Below are positions 1-7,938 of a stretch of DNA of 51,206 nt, piece by piece. The first letter of the stretch is position 1. Each line of letters starts with the position of its first letter. The stretch comes from Bacteroidales bacterium. GTDB taxonomy: Bacteria; Bacteroidota; Bacteroidia; Bacteroidales; VadinHA17. The notes under the pieces were generated by a model, which saw nothing but the letters and a program-made list of their open reading frames with translations, had not been told where the DNA came from and did not search any database. Position numbers and translations under genes: made by a program. The DNA lies in contig DAOQAX010000002.1 in NCBI GenBank assembly GCA_035354395.1, positions 1 to 51,206 on the forward strand, in the 5' to 3' direction.

Positions 1-273
1 AAAAAGATAAAAGTTGAGGAGCAAAGCGACGAAATCCCGCAAGGCGGGAATAAAAGTAAAAAGGCTCTGTGCCTTCTCTGTGTACCTCTGTGATAGTTCT
101 TTTACATTTAAAGGCAGACCAAACCTGCCAGTTGGATGGATAAAGAAAGTCCGGATAAAATCATTTTATGATAATTTTTCCGGAGATCGTGTACCTGGTT
201 TAATTTATAAAGTTCAATATTAATTATTGTTAAATAAATCTATTCAGGAGATAAAAACAGCTACATTTTTTTC

Positions 274-281
274 TACATTTG
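274..281 (+). promoter_or_regulatory. Candidate Bacteroidota -7 promoter box (TAnnTTTG) for the M28 peptidase gene
   Basis: tacatttg matches TAnnTTTG exactly. 35 nt separate it from the ATG at 317. No clear -33 TTTG seen. Confidence 0.35.
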
Positions 282-316
282 AAACTTTTCGTAATAATAT
301 GTAAAAAAATAAAAAA

Positions 317-1882
317 ATGAATATCAAGAAAATCTCCTCAGTTTTAATGTTACTGTTAATTCTGCCGTCATGGTTAATGTCACAGAATGAAAATGTTGAT
401 CTTGGCATGATTTATAAAATCAAGCAGGAGGGGATGAAAAATTCCAATGTTGAGGAGCTGGCATTCGGGCTTACCGATTTTGTAGGACCAAGACTAACCG
501 GGTCGACAGGTAATAATCGCGGGAACGAATGGGCTAAGAAGAAGATGGAAGAACTTGGTTTTCAAAACGTAAGAATTGAAGAGGCCACCGACTTCAGCCG
601 TGGCGGATGGGATAATCTTAAGACATATGCAGCGATGACTGCACCATATTATGTAAACTTTGCCTGTAATCCTGTTGCATGGACCGGAAGTACCAATGGA
701 GTTATTAAGGGTGAAGTGATAATCATGAATGTGAAGAAAGAAAGCGACCTTGAAGAATATAAGGGAAAGATCTCCGGAAAAATTGTGTTATTGCCTTCAA
801 CCACTAACTATGAGATAAGCTTTGAACCTCTGGCCAGTCGTCTGACTGATGCCCAGCTCAAAGATCTTTCAATGGCTTCCTCTCCTGCTCAGGGAGGGAG
901 AAGACCTCCGTTTGATTTTGAAGCAATGATGGCACAAAGAGCATTACGCAAGAAAATATCTGAATTTATACAGGAAGAAGGTGCTGCCGTTATTCTTAAC
1001 TGCTCAGGCACATTCAATGTTCCCAGATCCAATGGAGCAAATTATACTGCAGGTTCCAGGGAGCCTGTACCTGAGTTGAATCTCCCTATCGAAGATCACG
1101 GCAGGATGGAACGTTTGCTGAAGCATAAAGTACCTGTTGAAATGGAGATTGAAATTCAGAATAAATTCTTTGACAGCCCTAAAGTCTATAATGTAATAGG
1201 TGAAATACCCGGTACTGATAAAAAGATCAAAGATGAGATAGTACTGCTGGGTGCTCATATAGATTCATGGCACGGAGGAACAGGTGCTGCCGATAATGCT
1301 TCAGGGTGCATCGTAATGATGGAAGCAGCCCGCATTCTCAAAAACATCGGTGTGGCTCCCCGCAGAACAATCAGAGTAGCTCTCTGGGGTGGTGAGGAAC
1401 AAGGTTTATACGGGTCAGCCGGTTATGCAGAAAAATATCTTATGGATCCAAAAACAAAAGAACACAAACCGGGGTATGATAAATTTGCCGGTTATTTCAA
1501 TATGGATAACGGATCGGGTAAATATCGTGGAATATACCTCCAGGAGAATGAACTTGTCAGACCAATATTTGAGGCGTGGCTTAAACCTTTTGCTGATATG
1601 GGAGCATCAACCGTTACGATCAGGAACACAGGTGGTACCGATCATCTTTCATTTGATCGGGCAGGACTACCAGCATTTCAGTTTATCCAGGATGAAATAG
1701 AGTATGACCGTGGTTATCATACAATGATGGATACTTATGAAAGACTGGTGATGGCTGATCTTAAGCAAAATGCTATAATCACAGCATCCTTTGTTTATAA
1801 TGCAGCAATGAGAGATGAAAAATTACCATGCAAACCTGCAATGAATCCCGTTCCTGAATCAGGCAGACCTCCGATGTTCTGA
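317..1882 (+). CDS. Secreted M28-family zinc aminopeptidase with a PA-like insert
   Basis: 521-aa ORF with an ATG start and signal peptide MNIKKISSVLMLLLILPSWLMSQ. M28 metal-ligand motifs are present: HIDSWHGGTGAADNASGC, WGGEEQGLYGS, NMDNGSG, GGTDHLSF. Confidence 0.85.
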   Translation: MNIKKISSVLMLLLILPSWLMSQNENVDLGMIYKIKQEGMKNSNVEELAFGLTDFVGPRLTGSTGNNRGNEWAKKKMEELGFQNVRIEEATDFSRGGWDNLKTYAAMTAPYYVNFACNPVAWTGSTNGVIKGEVIIMNVKKESDLEEYKGKISGKIVLLPSTTNYEISFEPLASRLTDAQLKDLSMASSPAQGGRRPPFDFEAMMAQRALRKKISEFIQEEGAAVILNCSGTFNVPRSNGANYTAGSREPVPELNLPIEDHGRMERLLKHKVPVEMEIEIQNKFFDSPKVYNVIGEIPGTDKKIKDEIVLLGAHIDSWHGGTGAADNASGCIVMMEAARILKNIGVAPRRTIRVALWGGEEQGLYGSAGYAEKYLMDPKTKEHKPGYDKFAGYFNMDNGSGKYRGIYLQENELVRPIFEAWLKPFADMGASTVTIRNTGGTDHLSFDRAGLPAFQFIQDEIEYDRGYHTMMDTYERLVMADLKQNAIITASFVYNAAMRDEKLPCKPAMNPVPESGRPPMF

Positions 1883-1912
1883 AAATGTGTATTGTGAAGT
1901 TGTTAAAATTTT

Positions 1913-2806
1913 TTATTTATTATCGATCATCAGGCAGGCAGCACCAATAAAACCGGCATCATCTCCTAATTTTGACAACACCACTTTTGTTTTTTCTGAA
2001 GGAACAGGACATGTCCATTTTCTGAAGTTATCTTCCATAGTTGCTTTAAAAAACGGGTATGCTTTTGAAACAGAACCGCCAATAACTACAACATCGGGAT
2101 CAATCAGATTGACCGACCAGGCTAACGGAACTGCGAGATGCATTCCAAATTCATTCCATGTTTGAATCGCTTGCTTATCCCCATCAGAAGCCATGGCAGA
2201 AATGTCAAGAGAGTTTTTTTCTTTACCCGAAATGGATTTATAGATTTTTGAAACCCCTGCCCCGCATACATAATCCTCAATGATTCCGTCTTTATAAGGA
2301 GAATGCCATATCTCAGCTGCAGTGCCAGTTGATCCGTTCAGAATTTTTTTATTCACGACAACTGCGCAACCAATGCCTGTGCCAAGAGTAAAACCTACAA
2401 CAAGCCTTTTATCGGCTGCAGCTCCAAAAATACACTCACCAAGAATCAGACAATTGGCATCATTATTCATACGAACAGGAACACAAAAATGTTTTTCAAT
2501 CGTCTCGCGCAAAGGAAAGTAATTCATATTTGGCAATTGGGGACATTCGAGGATTAATCCTTTTTCCATATCCAGCGGGCCGGTTGAGCCAATCCCGATA
2601 CCGTCTACATCACTTATAGTCAGACCTTGATCATTTAAAGTCCTTTCCACCGAACTGATGATCCTGTTCACAGTTGTTTCAGCAGGGCCTTCTGCCCCGG
2701 TAGGTACTTTAACAGGCTTTCCCACAACTTTTCCCTGATATGTGATTGCTCCTGTCATAATCTTGGTTCCACCCAGATCGATTCCTATTATAATTTTACT
2801 ATTCAT
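1913..2806 (-). CDS. ROK-family sugar kinase (glucokinase / N-acetylhexosamine kinase type)
   Basis: 297-aa ORF with an ATG start. Motifs: IGIDLGGTKI phosphate-1, GIGSTGPLD, NNDANCLILGE. The classical CxCGxxGC zinc motif is not visible (only EDYVCGAGVS). Convergent with the peptidase gene. Confidence 0.8.
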   Translation of the reverse strand: MNSKIIIGIDLGGTKIMTGAITYQGKVVGKPVKVPTGAEGPAETTVNRIISSVERTLNDQGLTISDVDGIGIGSTGPLDMEKGLILECPQLPNMNYFPLRETIEKHFCVPVRMNNDANCLILGECIFGAAADKRLVVGFTLGTGIGCAVVVNKKILNGSTGTAAEIWHSPYKDGIIEDYVCGAGVSKIYKSISGKEKNSLDISAMASDGDKQAIQTWNEFGMHLAVPLAWSVNLIDPDVVVIGGSVSKAYPFFKATMEDNFRKWTCPVPSEKTKVVLSKLGDDAGFIGAACLMIDNK

Positions 2807-2968
2807 ATATTACATCATCAATTACTGTCATTTTTTTCATCATTGAAAAAGGATATAATCACCAAACGGTCCGGGGGATTCTCTTTTTCCAATCAGGGAT
2901 AAAACCATTACAATTAAATAATTTTAAATGACTATCGGCAATCATGAATACGATTTCACAAATCGCTT

Positions 2969-3057
2969 GAAAATCAATTTATTTACCCCAACCCCAAGGG
3001 GAGTAAATTGATTTTCTTCGCTCCCCATGGGGCCGGGGTAAACGAAGAAAATCAATT
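2969..3057. repeat. Structured intergenic repeat, copy 1 (A-X-A'-X'-A topology with a G/C-rich core)
   Basis: A1 gaaaatcaattta (2969-2981) pairs perfectly with A' taaattgattttc (3004-3016). The extended arm aattgattttcttcg (3006-3020) pairs perfectly (15 bp) with cgaagaaaatcaatt (3043-3057). The loops are X ttaccccaaccccaaggggag and X' ctccccatggggccggggtaa, which are imperfect reverse complements (17/20). The element lies 36 nt downstream of the tex stop. Confidence 0.6.
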
Positions 3058-3092
3058 GGTTTGTATGTATGATTCCCGACACTCATATAATT

Positions 3093-5228
3093 TTATTCCT
3101 TAGGTATATCCTTCATTGATAACTGAATACGTTTCCGCTCGATATCAACATCCAGCACTTTCACCATAACATGCTGATGAAGCTTCACAATTGTTGAAGG
3201 ATCCTGAACATAAGTCTTGCTCATATTTGAAACATGAACCAGACCATCCTGTTTGATACCGATATCGACAAATGCACCAAATTTTGTAATATTTGTTACA
3301 ATTCCAGGTACAACCATTCCTGGGGTAATATCTTCCATTGTATGGATATCGGCAAAGCGGAACTCTTTGATTTTTGATCGTGGATCACGTCCCGGTTTGG
3401 CCAGTTCGTTCATTATATCCTTGAGTGTGGGTAATCCGGTAACAGGAGTAATGTAACGCTCAAGCCTGATTTCCTTACGTTTGTTCTCATTAGTCATAAG
3501 ATCCTTTATGTCGCAACCAAGGTCTTTTGACATCTTTTCAACAACATGGTAGCTTTCGGGATGCACCGCGCTTGCGTCAAGCGGGTTCTCTGCATTTCTG
3601 ATCCTCATAAATCCGGCGCTCTGCTCAAAGGCTTTTTCGCCCATTCTTTTTACCTTAAGCAGCTCTTTACGTGATCTGAAGGGACCGTTCTCAGCACGGT
3701 AATCAACAATGTTCTGTGCCAGCTGTGGCCCAAGTCCCGAAATATAAGTAAGAAGATGCTTGCTAGCAGTATTCACCTCAACACCAACAGCATTAACACA
3801 ACTCATAACAACCTCATCAAGAGATTTCTGCAGCTTCTGCTGATCAACATCGTGCTGATACTGTCCCACTCCGATTGACTTTGGATCAAGTTTTACCAAT
3901 TCGGCAAGAGGATCCATAAGCCTGCGGCCTATCGAAACAGCACCACGGACAGTAACATCGTAATCGGGAAACTCATCACGTGCAGTCTTTGAAGCAGAAT
4001 ATATTGAAGCGCCTGCTTCACTGACTACGAATACCGGAATTTCATTATCAAACTTGATCCATTTAATGAAGTCTTCTGTTTCACGGCCTGCAGTACCATT
4101 CCCGATGGCAACAGCTTCAATTTTATAAGCATTCACCAGCGTTAATATCTTCTTGATCGACATTGCAGTCTCATTCTGCGGAGGATGTGGATAAATAGTC
4201 TCATTATGTACGAGATTTCCCTGCCTGTCAAGGCAAACAACCTTACAACCTGTTCTGAAACCCGGGTCTATTGCCAGAACATTTTTTTCTCCAAGAGGAG
4301 ATCCAAGCAAAAGCTGACGCAGGTTCTCCGCAAAAACTGTTATTGCCTCAACATCTGCTTTTTCCTTGGATAAATTTCTGAATTCTGTTTCCATGGAAGA
4401 GGAAAGAAGCCTTTTCCAGCTGTCTTTTATTGCATCAGAAACAATGTCCGACGAACCGTTTTTCCCTTTGATAAATATTTTTTTAAGTATGTCGAGAGCA
4501 TTTTCATCAGAAGGTTCCACCGAAAGTTTAAGAAATCCTTCCTCCTCTCCCCTTCTCATTGCCAGCAGCCTGTGCGAAGGACATCGCTTCAGAAGCTCTG
4601 ACCAGTCATAATAATCTTTGTATTTAATGCCGTCAGCTTCCTTCCCTTTAACAACTTTTGAGTAGATAACTGCTTCCTTTTCAAAAAGATATCTAAGCTG
4701 TTTCCTGGCTTTTTCATCTTCGCTTATCCATTCGGCGATAATATCAGAAGCTCCTGACACTGCATCATCAACAGTCGCCACATCATCATTAAGGAACTCT
4801 TCAGCTTTAAGTGACGGATCGTTTTCCCTCTGATCCATGATAATGGCAGCAAGCGGTTCAAGCCCTTTCTCCCTGGCTATTGTTGCACGTGTGCGCCGCT
4901 TTGGTCTGTAGGGAAGATAAATATCTTCAAGCTCGTTCATTGTGAGCGCTGCTTCAATTTTCTTCCTGAGTTCGGGAGTCATCTTTTCCTGTTCCTCTAT
5001 TGATTTCAGGATAGCTTCCCTGCGTGCATCAAGATCTTTAAGACGCTCATATTCCTCCTTGATGTTCATTAATATGACTTCATCAAGACTGCCTGTCATC
5101 TCTTTTCTGTAACGGCTTATAAACGGAATGGTGGCTCCGCCATCCAGAAGCCTTATGGTATTCTCGACCTGCCATTCGTTAAGTGCCAGTTTTTTTGCAA
5201 CCAGTGTAATATTCCTGTTTGTACTCAT
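3093..5228 (-). CDS. tex: Tex-family RNA-binding transcription accessory protein (C-terminal S1 domain)
   Basis: Long ORF with the Tex N-terminal motif IPFISRYRKEMTG, a YqgF-like core (VLAIDPGFRTGCKV), a helix-hairpin-helix region and a C-terminal S1 domain (GMVVPGIVTNITKFGAFVDIGIKQDGLVHVS). The track ORF starts at a TTG (5240). The first ATG (5228) lies 4 nt after the rlmI-like stop, so I use 5228. Confidence 0.9.
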   Translation of the reverse strand: MSTNRNITLVAKKLALNEWQVENTIRLLDGGATIPFISRYRKEMTGSLDEVILMNIKEEYERLKDLDARREAILKSIEEQEKMTPELRKKIEAALTMNELEDIYLPYRPKRRTRATIAREKGLEPLAAIIMDQRENDPSLKAEEFLNDDVATVDDAVSGASDIIAEWISEDEKARKQLRYLFEKEAVIYSKVVKGKEADGIKYKDYYDWSELLKRCPSHRLLAMRRGEEEGFLKLSVEPSDENALDILKKIFIKGKNGSSDIVSDAIKDSWKRLLSSSMETEFRNLSKEKADVEAITVFAENLRQLLLGSPLGEKNVLAIDPGFRTGCKVVCLDRQGNLVHNETIYPHPPQNETAMSIKKILTLVNAYKIEAVAIGNGTAGRETEDFIKWIKFDNEIPVFVVSEAGASIYSASKTARDEFPDYDVTVRGAVSIGRRLMDPLAELVKLDPKSIGVGQYQHDVDQQKLQKSLDEVVMSCVNAVGVEVNTASKHLLTYISGLGPQLAQNIVDYRAENGPFRSRKELLKVKRMGEKAFEQSAGFMRIRNAENPLDASAVHPESYHVVEKMSKDLGCDIKDLMTNENKRKEIRLERYITPVTGLPTLKDIMNELAKPGRDPRSKIKEFRFADIHTMEDITPGMVVPGIVTNITKFGAFVDIGIKQDGLVHVSNMSKTYVQDPSTIVKLHQHVMVKVLDVDIERKRIQLSMKDIPKE

Positions 5229-5232
5229 ATTT

Positions 5233-6414
5233 TTATTCAACGTATATAACCAAACCTTTAAGATATTCGCTTTCGGGATGATAGATGTTTATAGGGTGGT
5301 CAGGCGGCTGGCTCATCTGGTGAAGGATCCTCACGCTGCGCCCTGTATTGGCGGCAGCGGCAAACACTGATTTCCTGAAGTTCTCTTTTGTCACCACCTG
5401 CGAACATGAGAATGTAAATATTATCCCTCCCGGCCTGATTTGTTCTATCGCTTTAATGTTCAATCTTTTATAACCCTGCAGGGCGTTTTCGAGAGTCCTG
5501 TTATGTTTTGCAAAAGCGGGAGGATCAAGTATTATAAGGTCATACTTATCCCTGATATCATTCAGATATTCAAAAGCATCCACCTGAAAGGACTCATGCC
5601 GGGGAGCATCTCCGAAATTGAGCCTTATATTCTCATTAGCCAGTCCGATAGCAGAGAGCGAACTGTCAACCGTATGGACCAGAGATGCTTTTTTCATGGC
5701 ATAGACTGAAAAACCTCCGGTATATCCGAACATATTCAGGACATTTCTTCCATCAGTATACTGTTCAAGTAGCTTTCTGTTTTCCCTCTGATCAATAAAA
5801 AACCCGGTTTTCTGACCTGTAGCCCAGTCAATTTTAAACTTATATCCGTTTTCTGTGACTATAACCGGATCTGAATTACCATACAGAAAACCGTTAACCG
5901 CATTAACGCCAGACATATGAGGAATTGTGGTTTCGCTCTTGTCATATACTGCAGTAACCTGCTTGCCTAAAAGTTCCACCAGGATTTCCGTTATTTCTTT
6001 ACGGATCCTGTAAAAACCAAGTGAATGCATCTGAACAACTGCCACATGATTATAGTAATCGACTATCAGTCCGGGCAAGCCATCCCCTTCACCATGTACC
6101 AGGCGGAACACATTAATATCAGGATTACCGAAAATGCCGATTGCTTTTCTGTAATCGATCGCCCGTTTAATTTTTTCCCTGAAGAAATTTATGTCCGGAT
6201 TAACATTTTCGAATGAAAGTATCCTTACTGCTATTGAGCTTGGCTGATAATGGCCCACAGCCAGAAATGTATTCTGGTTATCGTAGACATCAACCAGATC
6301 ACCTTCTGCCGGATTACCATAAATTTTTTTAATAGCTCCCGAAAACACCCATGGATGATATCTGAAAATCGATTGTTCTTTCCCTGATTTAAGGACTATT
6401 TTTACCCTCTCCAC
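5233..6414 (-). CDS. rlmI: Class I SAM-dependent rRNA methyltransferase with an N-terminal PUA-like domain (RlmI-like)
   Basis: 393 aa. N-terminus YHPWVFSGAI, SAM-binding segment VLNMFGYTGGFSVYA, catalytic LILDPPAFAK. GTG start at 6414 with no nearby in-frame ATG. Tightly coupled to tex. Confidence 0.75.
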   Translation of the reverse strand: MERVKIVLKSGKEQSIFRYHPWVFSGAIKKIYGNPAEGDLVDVYDNQNTFLAVGHYQPSSIAVRILSFENVNPDINFFREKIKRAIDYRKAIGIFGNPDINVFRLVHGEGDGLPGLIVDYYNHVAVVQMHSLGFYRIRKEITEILVELLGKQVTAVYDKSETTIPHMSGVNAVNGFLYGNSDPVIVTENGYKFKIDWATGQKTGFFIDQRENRKLLEQYTDGRNVLNMFGYTGGFSVYAMKKASLVHTVDSSLSAIGLANENIRLNFGDAPRHESFQVDAFEYLNDIRDKYDLIILDPPAFAKHNRTLENALQGYKRLNIKAIEQIRPGGIIFTFSCSQVVTKENFRKSVFAAAANTGRSVRILHQMSQPPDHPINIYHPESEYLKGLVIYVE

Positions 6415-6527
6415 CCTGATTTTGCTGATTTAAATTTACAAATCTGTTTAATTGTTGTTCAATATATACAATTTGAACTTTTGCTTTTATTGAATATATT
6501 TTATTTTCCGATTCAGCCACTCCAGCC

Positions 6528-7205
6528 TTACATCTTCACAGCATTTCCATTTACCAGTTTCCTGTAAATCTGATGACAGGCCCAGGCATCTGTTGCAGCG
6601 TAAATCTGCTGGGCTTCGGTAAGTTGTTCTGCTTCCCAATCGGTTACCTGCTGGCGTTTTGAAATCCGGAAACCAAGAACAATAGCCGTAAGTTTTTTCA
6701 GTCCGGCACTCTGAATCCCATAATCTTTTACAAAATCCTGAAGGTCAATGAATCCGCCAGGATTGAATTTATTTATCACTTTCAGGTATCTTATATCATC
6801 ATGAACCGCTACTCCTACTTTTTGAACTGAAGTATCCGACAGCAGATCAACAAGTTCCCTGGGGAAACCTATTTTATTTATCCTGAAAAGGCATGCCAGG
6901 TTCTCGTCAGACAGCTGAATAAGCGAGACATCGTTCTTATGTCCCTTTCTGAATGAAGGTTTTGTTTCTGTATCAAAACCCAGCAAATCCGATCCCTGTA
7001 ACCTTGGAATAACATTGTGATAAGTTTCAAGATTATCAACAACCACTATTTCACCTTTAAACCACGAAAGTTCACATTCGGCTATTTCTTCTGCTGTAAT
7101 ATTCTCTTTATACCTGTTATCCCCTTTCTCCTCTGAAATCCTTTTGTCTTCTGGTAATAAACCAGTCTGAAGTGTCTCTTCTTTCATCATTTTCAACAAC
7201 ATCAT
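6528..7205 (-). CDS. DEDDy-type 3'-5' exonuclease domain protein (RNase D / WRN-exo like)
   Basis: Exo motifs LGFDTETKP (D-x-E), VGVAVHDDIRYL and YAATDAWACHQIY (Y-x3-D). The start is ambiguous: TTG at 7211, ATGs at 7205, 7202, 7190 and 7187. Every option overlaps the 3' end of the upstream gene. Confidence 0.75.
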   Translation of the reverse strand: MMLLKMMKEETLQTGLLPEDKRISEEKGDNRYKENITAEEIAECELSWFKGEIVVVDNLETYHNVIPRLQGSDLLGFDTETKPSFRKGHKNDVSLIQLSDENLACLFRINKIGFPRELVDLLSDTSVQKVGVAVHDDIRYLKVINKFNPGGFIDLQDFVKDYGIQSAGLKKLTAIVLGFRISKRQQVTDWEAEQLTEAQQIYAATDAWACHQIYRKLVNGNAVKM

Positions 7206-7740
7206 TTTCAACTTTCCCTATCTCTTCTCCTGAATAGATGAACTTATGTATTGCTCTCATGGCGTTAGTCAGTTTCTGACCCCAGAAATTTTCAAAGTTC
7301 ATTCTGCATTCCCAAACAGCATCATTCATCACTTCGCCTGTACCGGTCTGATAAAGGAGAAGAAAATCTTTTAAATCCTGATAAATATCTGCCATATTCT
7401 CTGAAATACTCGATACTACAGGTCCCTCAGTCTCCTTTATTTTTTCATCAAACACTTCGAGATAATCGTCTGCAGTACCAAACTTGTCTTTCAGGGTTTC
7501 ATCTATCTTAATCCAGTCAGATTCTGTCACAAACTTTTCATTTCCGTCTTCAAAAAACGGACTCAGCTGAGGTAAGAGTGTAGCTTTAAGATACAACAGA
7601 GGAAGAATACGCTGTAAAATCTTAAGCAGCTCATCTCCTTTCACCTCTGAGGCACGTTCTGCATATTTGCAGAATTCATTGGCCACAGCTACAAATTCTA
7701 TGACATTCCTTGAATAAACAGGATCAACATTTTTGCCCAT
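7117..7740 (-). CDS. Small acidic helical protein, DUF5063-like (from memory, a conserved upstream partner of this exonuclease in Bacteroidota)
   Basis: 207-aa ORF with an ATG start and no catalytic motif I recognise. The family name is recalled, not searched. Its 3' end overlaps the exonuclease ORF by 71-95 nt. Confidence 0.5.
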   Translation of the reverse strand: MGKNVDPVYSRNVIEFVAVANEFCKYAERASEVKGDELLKILQRILPLLYLKATLLPQLSPFFEDGNEKFVTESDWIKIDETLKDKFGTADDYLEVFDEKIKETEGPVVSSISENMADIYQDLKDFLLLYQTGTGEVMNDAVWECRMNFENFWGQKLTNAMRAIHKFIYSGEEIGKVENDVVENDERRDTSDWFITRRQKDFRGERG

Positions 7741-7938
7741 CAGTTCAATTTATTTTGCACGGTAAAATTAGACAATTTTCGTCGTTATCTGAATGGTTGA
7801 GTTTCTTTGTCCTGAATTTGAGAGATCAATTTCATTAAAAACCGGAAAATATGGACAAAATTAATTCATTAACAATACTAAAATAAAGATAGATTTAAAT
7901 CAGTAATTTTACTGCCTTAAAACAATTCAATTTCTGCC

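Noticed and set aside
14-223. 69-aa ORF at the window start
   Set aside because: It starts at a TTG and is lysine/arginine-rich and low-complexity. It runs through the hairpin and CTCTGTG repeats and shows no motif. It is most likely non-coding.
5229-5240. TTG-initiated extension of tex overlapping the rlmI-like stop
   Set aside because: An ATG at 5228, directly after the upstream stop, gives the usual coupled arrangement. The 4 extra codons are unnecessary.
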